This document shows positions 9,807 through 18,984 of a DNA stretch of 64,000 nt, piece after piece (within the stretch, counting starts at the first letter, position 1; each line of letters begins with the position of its first letter). A model generated the notes under the pieces. It ran no database searches. It worked only from the letters and a program-made list of their open reading frames with translations, and was not told where the DNA came from. Source of the stretch: an uncultured Thermoplasmata archaeon (GTDB taxonomy: Archaea; Thermoplasmatota; Thermoplasmata; UBA10834); the NCBI GenBank assembly GCA_963719945.1, contig CAVRDX010000001.1:544001-608000 (forward strand), written 5' to 3'. The translations under genes and the position numbers were made by a program.

Positions 9807-9887
9807 ATGTCCGCTGGTCAAGTCAATCTGACGCTTCTTCTTAGGACCCTAGAGGTCATTGTCGACCTGCGGATTGTAGGCCTGTGA
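9807..9887 (+). CDS. Putative ilv operon leader peptide (26 aa, MSAGQVNLTLLLRTLEVIVDLRIVGL)
   Basis: uORF between the TATA box and ilvB; 7 Leu, 4 Val, 2 Ile, including CTT-CTT-CTT and GTC-ATT-GTC runs. Confidence 0.75.
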   Translation: MSAGQVNLTLLLRTLEVIVDLRIVGL

Positions 9888-9945
9888 TGGGCACACGACC
9901 TGAGAGGTGTTGTGTCCATACGGGCAGGATTTGAGGAGTGTGATT
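9825..9945 (+). promoter_or_regulatory. Candidate translational attenuator (anti-SD/SD pairing plus leader hairpin)
   Basis: AAUC(UG)ACGCUUCUU 9825-9839 can pair with GAGGAGUGUGAUU 9933-9945; separate hairpin at 9887-9919. Confidence 0.55.
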
Positions 9946-9950
9946 TAGAG

Positions 9951-11633
9951 ATGAAAGGTGCCAGAGCCGCCGTGAAATTGCTGGAGAAGCAGAATGTCGA
10001 TTTGATGTTTGGCATCCCTGGCGGCGTTCTACTTCCGTTCTACGATGAGCTCGTTGACACGGATATCAGGCACATCCTTGTACGCCATGAACAGTGCTCG
10101 GCACACATGGCTGACGGTTATGCGAGAGTATCCAAGAGACCTGGCGTTTGCGTAGCGACCTCAGGACCAGGAGCCACGAATCTGGTAACTGGCGTAGCCA
10201 CCGCGTTCATGGACTCATCACCTATAATAGCGATAACAGGCCAGGTCGCGACAGGAGTGCTCGGGAACGATGCATTTCAGGAAGCAGACTCTTTCAGCCT
10301 GATGATGCCGATAACGAAGCACAACTTCAGGATAACTGACCCAAAGGACCTCCCTGAATCAATCAACCGGGCGTTCATGATAGCCACGACAGGGAGATAT
10401 GGACCTGTCCACATAGACATACCAACGGACATATTCCAGGCAGAATACAACGAAGAGGACCTCGATGTGAAGGCGAGGGTGCCAAAGCCACGCAGGAACC
10501 TCTCTGGCCTCCTGGACGCGATCAAGCTACTTGAATCAGCGGAGAGGCCCACCATAATGGTGGGTGGAGGAGTCACATGGTCACGTGCGGGGCCGGAGAT
10601 CACCGTGCTCTCCGATATGTTGATGGCGCCTATTGTCACCACATTAATGGCAAAAGGCTCCGTTCCTGATAACCATCCACTTGTCCTGGGCGTATGCGGA
10701 ATGCATGGGAAACAGGTGGCCAACTATGCATTGAACAACTGCGACGTCCTGTTAGCGATTGGAACCAGGTTCAGTGACAGAGTGACCGGCAAACTCAGCG
10801 AGTTCGGGACCAAGACGAAGGTCGTTCACGTCGATATCGACTCGTCAGAGATAGGTAAGAATGTGAAAGGCAGGGTCGGCCTCGTGGGTGATGCGTGGAC
10901 AGTCGTAAACGCCCTCATAGCGGGCCTGCAGAAGCGGAAGAAGAAGGCCACCTGGGTCGAGAGGATAAAGATACTCAAGAAGGAATGCACCTGCGACTAC
11001 AACATCAAATCAAATCCCATCAAACCACAAAAGGTCATATATGAACTGTCGAAGCTATTGCCCGATGATGCCATCGTCACGACCGAGGTGGGCCAGAACC
11101 AGATGTGGGCACTCCACTTCTACGAATGCTATGGCAACCGCATGTTCATCACATCAGGCGGTCTCGGGACCATGGGTTTCGGGTTCCCTGCGGCCATCGG
11201 TGCGAAATTGGCTAGACCAGATAGCGTCGTCGCGGATATTGCAGGCGATGGCAGCCTGCAGATGGTCTCGCATGAGTTCGCGACAGCGGTCGAGAACGAC
11301 ATACCAGTGATCGTGTGCCTGATGAATAACGGATGGCTCGGCAACGTCAAGCAATGGCAGAAGCTGTTTTATGGCTCGAGATACATTGCGACCGAGTTCG
11401 GAAGGAACCCCGATTTCGTCAAGCTCGCAGAGGCCTATGGGGCGGATGCGATAAGGGTGGAGAAGCAGTCCGAGGTCGCAGAAGCCATTCGGAGAGGAGT
11501 GAAATCCCAGATCCCGATATTGCTCGATTTCGTGATAGATCCCGAGGAGGATGTCCTTCCAATGACCCCGCCTGGCAAGGCATCCTCGGAATGCATAAAT
11601 GGAAGATGCATCTGGAAAGGAGGTGGCGATTAG
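9951..11633 (+). CDS. ilvB: Acetolactate synthase large subunit
   Basis: FGIPGG, RHEQ, TSGPGATN, GMHG, GDGS..NN TPP motif; ATG 9951 after GAGGAG. Confidence 0.96.
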   Translation: MKGARAAVKLLEKQNVDLMFGIPGGVLLPFYDELVDTDIRHILVRHEQCSAHMADGYARVSKRPGVCVATSGPGATNLVTGVATAFMDSSPIIAITGQVATGVLGNDAFQEADSFSLMMPITKHNFRITDPKDLPESINRAFMIATTGRYGPVHIDIPTDIFQAEYNEEDLDVKARVPKPRRNLSGLLDAIKLLESAERPTIMVGGGVTWSRAGPEITVLSDMLMAPIVTTLMAKGSVPDNHPLVLGVCGMHGKQVANYALNNCDVLLAIGTRFSDRVTGKLSEFGTKTKVVHVDIDSSEIGKNVKGRVGLVGDAWTVVNALIAGLQKRKKKATWVERIKILKKECTCDYNIKSNPIKPQKVIYELSKLLPDDAIVTTEVGQNQMWALHFYECYGNRMFITSGGLGTMGFGFPAAIGAKLARPDSVVADIAGDGSLQMVSHEFATAVENDIPVIVCLMNNGWLGNVKQWQKLFYGSRYIATEFGRNPDFVKLAEAYGADAIRVEKQSEVAEAIRRGVKSQIPILLDFVIDPEEDVLPMTPPGKASSECINGRCIWKGGGD

Positions 11634-11996
11634 ATGGAAGTTATGATGCTCTTGGTGTACGACCAGCCCGGCGTGATGCAACGTGTGATGGGCGAGTTCA
11701 CCAGAAAGAGGATAAATGTCGAGACCATCGTGGTCGGCAAGTGTGAGATGCCTGAGAGAGCGAGGATAGTTCTCTCCGTTACGGATAAGGAGAAGGCTCA
11801 CGGCGTGCTCGAACATCTGAGAGCGCTCCAGGAAGTCATAGAGGCCGATATCGTCGATTCAGATAGACACGAGGCATATGCCATCCTCCAAGGCAAGGAA
11901 GGGATATGCCGAGTCACAGGTACGGTGGAAGAGGTTGAGGCACTCGTAATGAAGAGCCAACCCAAGAGATACATAGAAGCTATGAATGCAATTTGA
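11634..11996 (+). CDS. ilvN: Acetolactate synthase regulatory subunit (ACT domain)
   Basis: DQPGVMQRVMGEFTRKRINVETI; abuts ilvB. Confidence 0.88.
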   Translation: MEVMMLLVYDQPGVMQRVMGEFTRKRINVETIVVGKCEMPERARIVLSVTDKEKAHGVLEHLRALQEVIEADIVDSDRHEAYAILQGKEGICRVTGTVEEVEALVMKSQPKRYIEAMNAI

Positions 11997-12013
11997 AAAC
12001 GGAGTGGTCTAGA

Positions 12014-12994
12014 ATGGCTAGGATATACTACAACAAGGATGCGAACCTGAACGCGCTCAAGGGCAAGAAGGTCGCAGTGATAGGATACGGAATACAGGGA
12101 AGAGCCCAGTCGCTCAACCTGAGAGACAGCGGAGTGAACGTGGTAGTTGGACTCAAGTTCAGGGACGATTACTGGAAGCAGGCGAAGGCCGATAAGATGG
12201 AAGTCCTGGATATCCCTACAGCGGTAAAGAGTGCCGATATCGTCATGATGCTCATCCCAGACGAGGTCCAGAAGATGGCCTACGATGCAGAGGTAGCGCC
12301 GAACTTGAGACCAGGAATGACTCTCGACTTCGCTCACGGATTCAACATCCACTTCAAACTCATAGTCCCTCCGAAGGACGTCGATGTCATAATGGTCGCT
12401 CCGAAGGGACCTGGTGCCTTGGTCAGAGAAACTTTCGTAGCGGGCAATGGAGTACCCGCACTGATAGCGGTCCATCAGGATGCGAGTGGGAAGGCCAAGA
12501 AGACCGCGCTTGCCATAGCGAAGGGACTCGGAGCGACAACGAAGGGAGTCATCGAAACCACCTTCACCGAGGAGACTGAGACAGACCTGTTCGGAGAGCA
12601 GGTGGACCTATGCGGTGGCGCGAGCGACCTCATAAAGAAATCGTTCGAGGTTCTGGTCGAAGCCGGCTACCAACCAGAGATCGCTTATTTCGAGGTGCTC
12701 CATGAGCTCAAACTCATAATCGATCTTGTCCAGAAGGGCGGTATCGAGGGCATGTGGAAGAACGTCTCCAACACCGCCGAATATGGCGGAAGGACACGTG
12801 GACCAAGGATAATCGATGATCGGGTCAAGAAGAACATGCAGGCCGTCCTCAAGGAGATCCAATCAGGTGCATTTGCCAAGGAATGGGTCAACGAATGCAG
12901 CTCAGGCATGGCCACACTCACCAAGCTCAGGAAAGATGGTGAGAAGGACCAGATCGAAGTCGTCGGCAAATCAATAAGGAAGATGTTCAAGTAG
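12014..12994 (+). CDS. ilvC: Ketol-acid reductoisomerase
   Basis: IGYGIQG, FAHGFNIH, APKGPG, ETETDLFGEQ, SNTAEYG. Confidence 0.97.
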   Translation: MARIYYNKDANLNALKGKKVAVIGYGIQGRAQSLNLRDSGVNVVVGLKFRDDYWKQAKADKMEVLDIPTAVKSADIVMMLIPDEVQKMAYDAEVAPNLRPGMTLDFAHGFNIHFKLIVPPKDVDVIMVAPKGPGALVRETFVAGNGVPALIAVHQDASGKAKKTALAIAKGLGATTKGVIETTFTEETETDLFGEQVDLCGGASDLIKKSFEVLVEAGYQPEIAYFEVLHELKLIIDLVQKGGIEGMWKNVSNTAEYGGRTRGPRIIDDRVKKNMQAVLKEIQSGAFAKEWVNECSSGMATLTKLRKDGEKDQIEVVGKSIRKMFK

Positions 12995-13046
12995 GCCATC
13001 CGAAAAAGACATACATGATCGATGCCTAATGTGTACATCGTAGTAG

Positions 13047-13838
13047 GTGGAGAAGTTGGAACCCTCTATACCAAACGGGATCCGGCTCGGCCGATTCAGG
13101 ATTGGGGACCGGACTTTCGTCGGAATCGTCGATGGAGACGAAGTTATAGAGACAGACAGGACATCCATGGAAGACGTGGTCAGTCAGGGATTCACGAGGA
13201 AAGCTATCAGTCACCAATTCTCGCGAGTCACTGTCCTCGCACCGTTCCCAAGACCATCGAAGATCATCTGCATCGGCCTCAACTATCGCAGTCATATCGA
13301 GGAGATGAACTGGGAGGTCCCAAAGGTGCCGATAATCTTCACCAAGCCGTCCTCCGCTATAATCGGTCCAGGAGACAATATTTGCATACCGAAGATGTCT
13401 TCAAGGGTCGATTACGAGGGTGAATCCGCCATAATAATCAGCAAGAGGGCTAGACACACCGATGACGGCGGATCCCACATTTTCGGTTACACTTGCATGA
13501 ATGATGTCACCGCCCGAGACCTCCAGAAGATCGACCCTGATTGGACAAGGGCGAAAGGCTTCGACACCTTCGCCCCGATGGGCCCGTTCGTTTCAGGTCG
13601 ATCCCCGAAAAGGATATTGACTAGATTGAACGGAAACGTGGTACAGGACGCGCCTCTATCCGACAGAGTGTTCGGCGACGCGGCCTTGGTCGAATACATA
13701 TCAAAAGTCATGACCCTCGAGCCAGGAGACATCATTGCAACTGGTACACCATCTGGAATCTCCGCCATGAGACCCGGAGATCTGGTCGAGGTGGACCTTG
13801 AAGGCATCGGATGTTTGAAGAACAGGGTAGTCAGTTAG
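13047..13838 (+). CDS. Fumarylacetoacetate hydrolase family protein
   Basis: KIICIGLNY, FTKP, DYEGE, NDVTARD, KGFDTF, GDIIATGTPSG; start could be TTG 13056. Confidence 0.92.
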   Translation: MEKLEPSIPNGIRLGRFRIGDRTFVGIVDGDEVIETDRTSMEDVVSQGFTRKAISHQFSRVTVLAPFPRPSKIICIGLNYRSHIEEMNWEVPKVPIIFTKPSSAIIGPGDNICIPKMSSRVDYEGESAIIISKRARHTDDGGSHIFGYTCMNDVTARDLQKIDPDWTRAKGFDTFAPMGPFVSGRSPKRILTRLNGNVVQDAPLSDRVFGDAALVEYISKVMTLEPGDIIATGTPSGISAMRPGDLVEVDLEGIGCLKNRVVS

Positions 13839-13842
13839 GATA

Positions 13843-14784
13843 ATGAGAGGAGATGAGAACTTGCAGATTCAGCCGACCGAGAAGATCTGGAAGAATGGAG
13901 AGTTGATATCGTGGAAGGATGCGACAGTTCACGTGCTCACGCATTGCCTGCATTACGGAACTGGAGCCTTCGAGGGAATCAGATGTTACAGCACGGACAA
14001 AGGACCTGCGATTTTCAGGCTCAAGGACCATATGTCGAGGCTCCACACATCTGCGAAGACAATCAATATCCAGATACCACACAGCGTTGAAGAACTCTGC
14101 ACCGCGGCTAGAGATCTGGTGAAAGTGAACAATCTTGATTCGTGCTACATAAGGCCTATCACATTTTTCGGTGTCTCCGGCATCGGTGTCAATCCTATAG
14201 GCTATCCGATCGAGACATTCATCATCGCGTTCCCTATGGGATCGTATTTGGGAGATGAAGGCATGAAGAAGGGCATCAGGGTACACACATCGTCATGGCA
14301 CAGGATGCCGGTCGGTTCGGTCCCAGCAACCGCAAAGGTCTGCGGCGACTACCTGAATAGCGCCCTCGCAGTCATGGAAGCTAAGCAGAATGGGTTCGAC
14401 GAAGCTATAATGCTCAACGATCAGCACATGGTCGCAGAGGGTTCTGGTGAGAACATATTCATGGTCAGGAACAATAGGATACTCACCCCCCCGATCAGCA
14501 CCGGCATACTACCTGGTATAACGAGAGAATCGGTCATGACGATCGCAGGAGACCTTGGATATCAGGTTGTCGAACAGAATTTCTCCAGAGGCGAGATGTA
14601 TCTAGCGGATGAGTTGTTCTTCACTGGCACTGCAGCCGAGGTCACACCGATCAGAGAGGTAGACCGAAGGACCGTTGCGAGTGGCTCACCTGGACCTATC
14701 ACCATGGCGCTCCAGGAGAGATTCCTTCAGATTGCCCGAGGCAATGATACCAAGTACTCATCCTGGCTGGACATTGCAAGATGA
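13843..14784 (+). CDS. ilvE: Branched-chain amino acid aminotransferase
   Basis: LHYGTGAFEGIR, AK..GDY, EGSGENIF, LPGITR, GTAAEVTP. Confidence 0.96.
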   Translation: MRGDENLQIQPTEKIWKNGELISWKDATVHVLTHCLHYGTGAFEGIRCYSTDKGPAIFRLKDHMSRLHTSAKTINIQIPHSVEELCTAARDLVKVNNLDSCYIRPITFFGVSGIGVNPIGYPIETFIIAFPMGSYLGDEGMKKGIRVHTSSWHRMPVGSVPATAKVCGDYLNSALAVMEAKQNGFDEAIMLNDQHMVAEGSGENIFMVRNNRILTPPISTGILPGITRESVMTIAGDLGYQVVEQNFSRGEMYLADELFFTGTAAEVTPIREVDRRTVASGSPGPITMALQERFLQIARGNDTKYSSWLDIAR

Positions 14785-14862
14785 TCCTCCACCAATAGCA
14801 AATAATATATATCGTTGCGGACAATACTTCGTCTGACGATTGTCATACGCGAGATGAGGATC

Positions 14863-15141
14863 ATGTCAAGCATCACGATCGAAGAGCTCACAGTCCAGGC
14901 TGAGAAGAATGGGCTTACGCTTGCAGATATGATTTCCACCATGATGTCCTCAGAGGACATCGATCGTATCCAAGCGCAGATCAAGTCTCAGATGTCCGCA
15001 AACTATGCGTCGATAGAAGATTTCATGAAAGAAGTTGAGGTACCCAGCATCGATGGCCTCTATGAATTCTCAGAAGACGAACTCCAACGAATGCAGCAGG
15101 ACATCAATCATGCGATGTCAGACGAATCGTCATTCGCCTAA
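14863..15141 (+). CDS. Small acidic hypothetical protein (92 aa)
   Basis: ATG after GAGGA; TATA-like TAATATATA at about 14802; protein-like composition. Confidence 0.6.
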   Translation: MSSITIEELTVQAEKNGLTLADMISTMMSSEDIDRIQAQIKSQMSANYASIEDFMKEVEVPSIDGLYEFSEDELQRMQQDINHAMSDESSFA

Positions 15142-15149
15142 TATTCGGT

Positions 15150-15974
15150 CTAGCAGGCTCGGATGAATATCCTATTCTCAGGATCTATTATCTCGAAGTG
15201 GGATCTCATGCGACCCATGAGAGCCTCTGTCCGGCCAAGCATCAAAAATCCCTGAGGCCGAAGGGATTCATGCAAATTCTTGATCACTTCGTCGTGAGAA
15301 GGCCGAGAGAAGTAGATGAGCACATTCCTACAGATTATCGCATCGAAGAACTTGCTCTTGGGCGCCTCCATAAGATTCTCCTTCATGAACCGAACTCTCG
15401 TTCTCAGAAGGTCGTTGATCTCGTATGACGACTCAGTTTTGATGAAGTAGCGCTTAAGAAGGGATATTGGGATGTTCTTCACCTGTAGCTCTGAATAGAC
15501 CCCTTTGCGAGCATATGCTAGGGCGCTAAGAGAGATGTCAGTGCCAGTCACAATCGCAATCATATCATCAGACATATTCGCACGCCGCATCTCCTCATTC
15601 AGACACATGGCAATCGTATAGGTCTCCTGTCCTGTTGCACATCCAGCACTCCAAATCCGCAATATCCCTCCAGTTTGCCGTTTCGACCTAAGGAGTGGAC
15701 GTATGATCTTTTCAGAGACGGCCTCAAATGCCCCCTCATCTCGGAAGAATTCGGTCACATTTATCGATAGAGCACCTATCAGCTCGCTGGTCTCCCCATC
15801 GTCATGGACGAGCAAATCGATATATGACCCAATATCTGGCATCCCTGACCGGCCCATCCTCTTCCTGATGCTACGCATCATGAATGTTGGTGAATAGCCA
15901 GATATGTCGATTCCTCGTGATTCAAACAGATGCTCGCGGATGCGGACCAACGCAGCATCATCAGTGAGCGTCAT
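15150..15974 (-). CDS. cheR: Chemotaxis methyltransferase
   Basis: INVTEFFRD, IWSAGCATGQE, GTDIS, CRNVLIYF. Confidence 0.96.
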   Translation of the reverse strand: MTLTDDAALVRIREHLFESRGIDISGYSPTFMMRSIRKRMGRSGMPDIGSYIDLLVHDDGETSELIGALSINVTEFFRDEGAFEAVSEKIIRPLLRSKRQTGGILRIWSAGCATGQETYTIAMCLNEEMRRANMSDDMIAIVTGTDISLSALAYARKGVYSELQVKNIPISLLKRYFIKTESSYEINDLLRTRVRFMKENLMEAPKSKFFDAIICRNVLIYFSRPSHDEVIKNLHESLRPQGFLMLGRTEALMGRMRSHFEIIDPENRIFIRAC

Positions 15975-16178
15975 ACCATCTGTGGATGTCTATCAGGTTA
16001 GATAGTTTCTTCCTTGACCCGTCTGGCCATGACAAATGATTTCACATCATCAGAAATGAGTTTCTGGACGACATACTTTTATATTGTCCAGGGTGATTTT
16101 GACCAAGATGCGGGTGTTCAAAAAGCTTTCGATTGAAGATCCAAGAGAACTTCACCCGAGTGTTGTAAAGGTGATTCG

Positions 16179-18140
16179 TTGAGATTCCCCCTCACCGCGA
16201 AACTAGTGTCTGTAATCCTCATTCTTGTATTGGTGCCAGTGGCAGGCCTCAGCTATCTTGCTCTGGACGGTTTGAACAACATCAGGGGGAACGTAGATGT
16301 CCTCTACACTGAAAACATGCAGGTCGCCTCATTCATCGCCAATGGATCCACTTCACTCGCAGATGTTGAGAGCATGTTCATCTTGTACTACGTGAACTAT
16401 GGTTCTTCCCCGTCAACACAATATAAGACTGACCTACTGGCCCAAGTGCAGGATTTCAACAGTTTCGTCTACACATTCGAGCAGAGCTATAGTTTCAGCG
16501 TCCTGCCGAATATGGCTGAAATAGTGACCAATCAAGGCAGGCAGGATCTGTTGACCGATCAGACTACTGCACTCAACATAATAGATACCAGATGGGCTCA
16601 GTATCAGATAGAGCTCAATGCCGTCTTCGACGACCTAGATGATGCAGATTATGTTGCGGCTGCGGCATCCATGGATAATGCCACCATCGAGATGGTCGCC
16701 ATCAACTCCGCAATGAATGACCTCATTGTCACCTGCGTTGGCGGAGCAGCCCTCATGAACATCGTCGCGGAGGACACCATACGGGCGAGTGTCTTCTGGA
16801 CAATCATTGGAGGCACCTCAGTAGCCATCGTAATATCAATCATATCAATGGGCGTCTCGATGACAGTCACGAGACCAATAGTCACAGTTTCCAAGGCCGC
16901 GATGACAATCTCCGAGGGGAATTTCACCACCAGGCTTGAGATCAATGTCAATGATGATGAGATAGGTGACCTCGTGAAGTCCATGAATCTTCTCATTGAT
17001 AATACCTCGAAGCCGCTCCAGAGGCTCATCGAGAGTGCCGAGGCAATCTCAGCGGGCGACTGGACAATCGATATGAATGTTGAGGCCAAGGGCGATATCG
17101 CAAGGCTCGTAGGCAGCTTTAAGAAGATGAGGACGAACCTCATGACACTCACAGAGCAGATACAGGTCGCATCGAAGACCATCCTAGAATCATCGGCAAT
17201 CCTCGCGGAGACCGCCAAGCACATGACAGATGCAACACAGCAGGTATCATCCTCTGTCACTCAGACATCGAAGGGTGCCCAGATACAGGCAGCGAAGGTC
17301 GACGAGATGGTAAGGATGCTTGGCGAGCAGACGAAGGCAATCTACGATGTGGTCCAGAGCTCCCAGAATGCAGCAAGGGCGTCCGAGGATGCAAGCGATG
17401 TGGCGCAGAACGGTAGCAGATCAGCGGAGGACGCATTGCAGAGGATAAAGAGCCTGCTCACCAGCGTCGAAGAGACCGCTGAATCCATGAATGCCCTATC
17501 CAAGAAATCCAAGGAGATATCAGAGATCGTCATGATAATCACAAACATAGCGCAGCAGACCAACTTATTATCACTGAATGCGGCGATAGAAGCTGCCAGA
17601 GCGGGAGAGCACGGGCGAGGATTCGCCGTCGTCGCAGACGAAGTTCGAAAGCTCGCTGAGGGCTCCAGAAAAGCCGCGGGCCAGATTCAGGGCTTGCTCG
17701 AATCTGTCGAGCACGATATTGAATCGAGCACACACAAGATGGATCAGACCCGGATGAACGTCTCCGAAGGGACAAGAACCATCTCTGACGCACTCAAATC
17801 GCTTGAGGATATCGCAGCCACCGTAGAGGAGACAGCCGCTATGGTTCAGGAGATAAGCTCTTCGACGCAAGAGCAAAAGGCACTAACAGAGAGTCTCGCA
17901 AAGAATCTGGATGAGGTTGCAAGCATAGCGAACGAGACTTCATCATCGGTAGAGGAAGTATCCGCTTCAACGGAGGAAGTCGCTGCAGGGATGGAGGAAC
18001 TGACTGCCTCTGCTCAGGATCTCTCCGACCTCGCCAATGCATTGAACGATATCACCAAGAGCATATCCACCGTCAATCAGGAAATCATGAAACGCGTGCA
18101 TGAAGAGATTGAAACGCGTGATAAGAGGGAGCGGAATTGA
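16179..18140 (+). CDS. Methyl-accepting chemotaxis protein (2 TM, helical sensor, 2 HAMP)
   Basis: [38 protein letters not shown]; DEIGDL HAMP motif. Confidence 0.96.
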   Translation: MRFPLTAKLVSVILILVLVPVAGLSYLALDGLNNIRGNVDVLYTENMQVASFIANGSTSLADVESMFILYYVNYGSSPSTQYKTDLLAQVQDFNSFVYTFEQSYSFSVLPNMAEIVTNQGRQDLLTDQTTALNIIDTRWAQYQIELNAVFDDLDDADYVAAAASMDNATIEMVAINSAMNDLIVTCVGGAALMNIVAEDTIRASVFWTIIGGTSVAIVISIISMGVSMTVTRPIVTVSKAAMTISEGNFTTRLEINVNDDEIGDLVKSMNLLIDNTSKPLQRLIESAEAISAGDWTIDMNVEAKGDIARLVGSFKKMRTNLMTLTEQIQVASKTILESSAILAETAKHMTDATQQVSSSVTQTSKGAQIQAAKVDEMVRMLGEQTKAIYDVVQSSQNAARASEDASDVAQNGSRSAEDALQRIKSLLTSVEETAESMNALSKKSKEISEIVMIITNIAQQTNLLSLNAAIEAARAGEHGRGFAVVADEVRKLAEGSRKAAGQIQGLLESVEHDIESSTHKMDQTRMNVSEGTRTISDALKSLEDIAATVEETAAMVQEISSSTQEQKALTESLAKNLDEVASIANETSSSVEEVSASTEEVAAGMEELTASAQDLSDLANALNDITKSISTVNQEIMKRVHEEIETRDKRERN

Positions 18141-18604
18141 TGGATAAATCTACCCCGAGCCAGCAATACATAGTCTTTAGGCTTGGGAAGGAAGAGTACG
18201 CATTTGACATAGTCAATGTCAAGGAGATAAAGGACATTGATGAGATCGCCAAGGTTCACAGAACCCAGTCTTACATTGAGGGCGTCATGAACCTCAGAGG
18301 AAAGTTGGTGACAATCATCGACCTTAGGAAGAGGTTGGGACTGAAAACGAAATCACTAAACGAAGCATCCAAAATCGTGGTGATCGAGGCTCCTGACGCA
18401 CCCGTAGGATTTCTCGTTGATGAAGTATCTGAGGTCTTGAGACTGTCTGAATCAGATGTCGAGGCACCCCCATCGTACATCGCAAATTCGCTTGAGGCAG
18501 AATACGTCCGTGGCATCGCCAAACTGGGCGAAAGGCTGATAACAATTGTCGACCCAGTCAAGATATTAGAGTTATCACCGAATGAAACCCCTGGAGGAGG
18601 ATGA
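18140..18604 (+). CDS. cheW: Chemotaxis coupling protein
   Basis: YIVFRLGKEEYA, GVMNLRG, GFLVDEV. Confidence 0.95.
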   Translation: MDKSTPSQQYIVFRLGKEEYAFDIVNVKEIKDIDEIAKVHRTQSYIEGVMNLRGKLVTIIDLRKRLGLKTKSLNEASKIVVIEAPDAPVGFLVDEVSEVLRLSESDVEAPPSYIANSLEAEYVRGIAKLGERLITIVDPVKILELSPNETPGGG

Positions 18605-18608
18605 GGAG

Positions 18609-18974
18609 ATGGCAAAAGTTCTCGTGGTAGACGATTCAGAATTCATGCGTAGAGTGCTTAAGAACATCCTTGAGAACGGTGGACACACGGTAAGAGAAGC
18701 AAGGAACGCAAATGAGGCTCTTGAGCTCTTCAAGAAGTTCGGCTCCGATGTCATCACAATGGATATCGTGATGCCAGAGACTGATGGCATCGAGACCGTC
18801 AAGAGACTAAAAGAAGCCGATGATAAAGTGAAGATCATCATGGTTTCCGCTCTGGGCCACCAGAAGACGGTCATGAGAGCATTGGAAGCCGGTGCCCTTG
18901 ATTTCATAATGAAACCATTCACAGCAGATGATGTTCTCGAATCCGTGAACGCGGTTCTCCAAATGGGCATATGA
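18609..18974 (+). CDS. cheY: Chemotaxis response regulator
   Basis: VLVVDD, MDIVMP, SA, KPF. Confidence 0.94.
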   Translation: MAKVLVVDDSEFMRRVLKNILENGGHTVREARNANEALELFKKFGSDVITMDIVMPETDGIETVKRLKEADDKVKIIMVSALGHQKTVMRALEAGALDFIMKPFTADDVLESVNAVLQMGI

Positions 18975-18984
18975 GAGGTGTCTG

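Noticed and set aside
9887-9930. Classical intrinsic terminator in the ilv leader
   Set aside because: The hairpin is not followed by a U-tract, so bacterial-style transcription attenuation is not supported.
9912-9950. GTG 9912 as the ilvB start
   Set aside because: It lies within the leader hairpin; ATG 9951 follows the RBS and gives a typical MKGA N-terminus.
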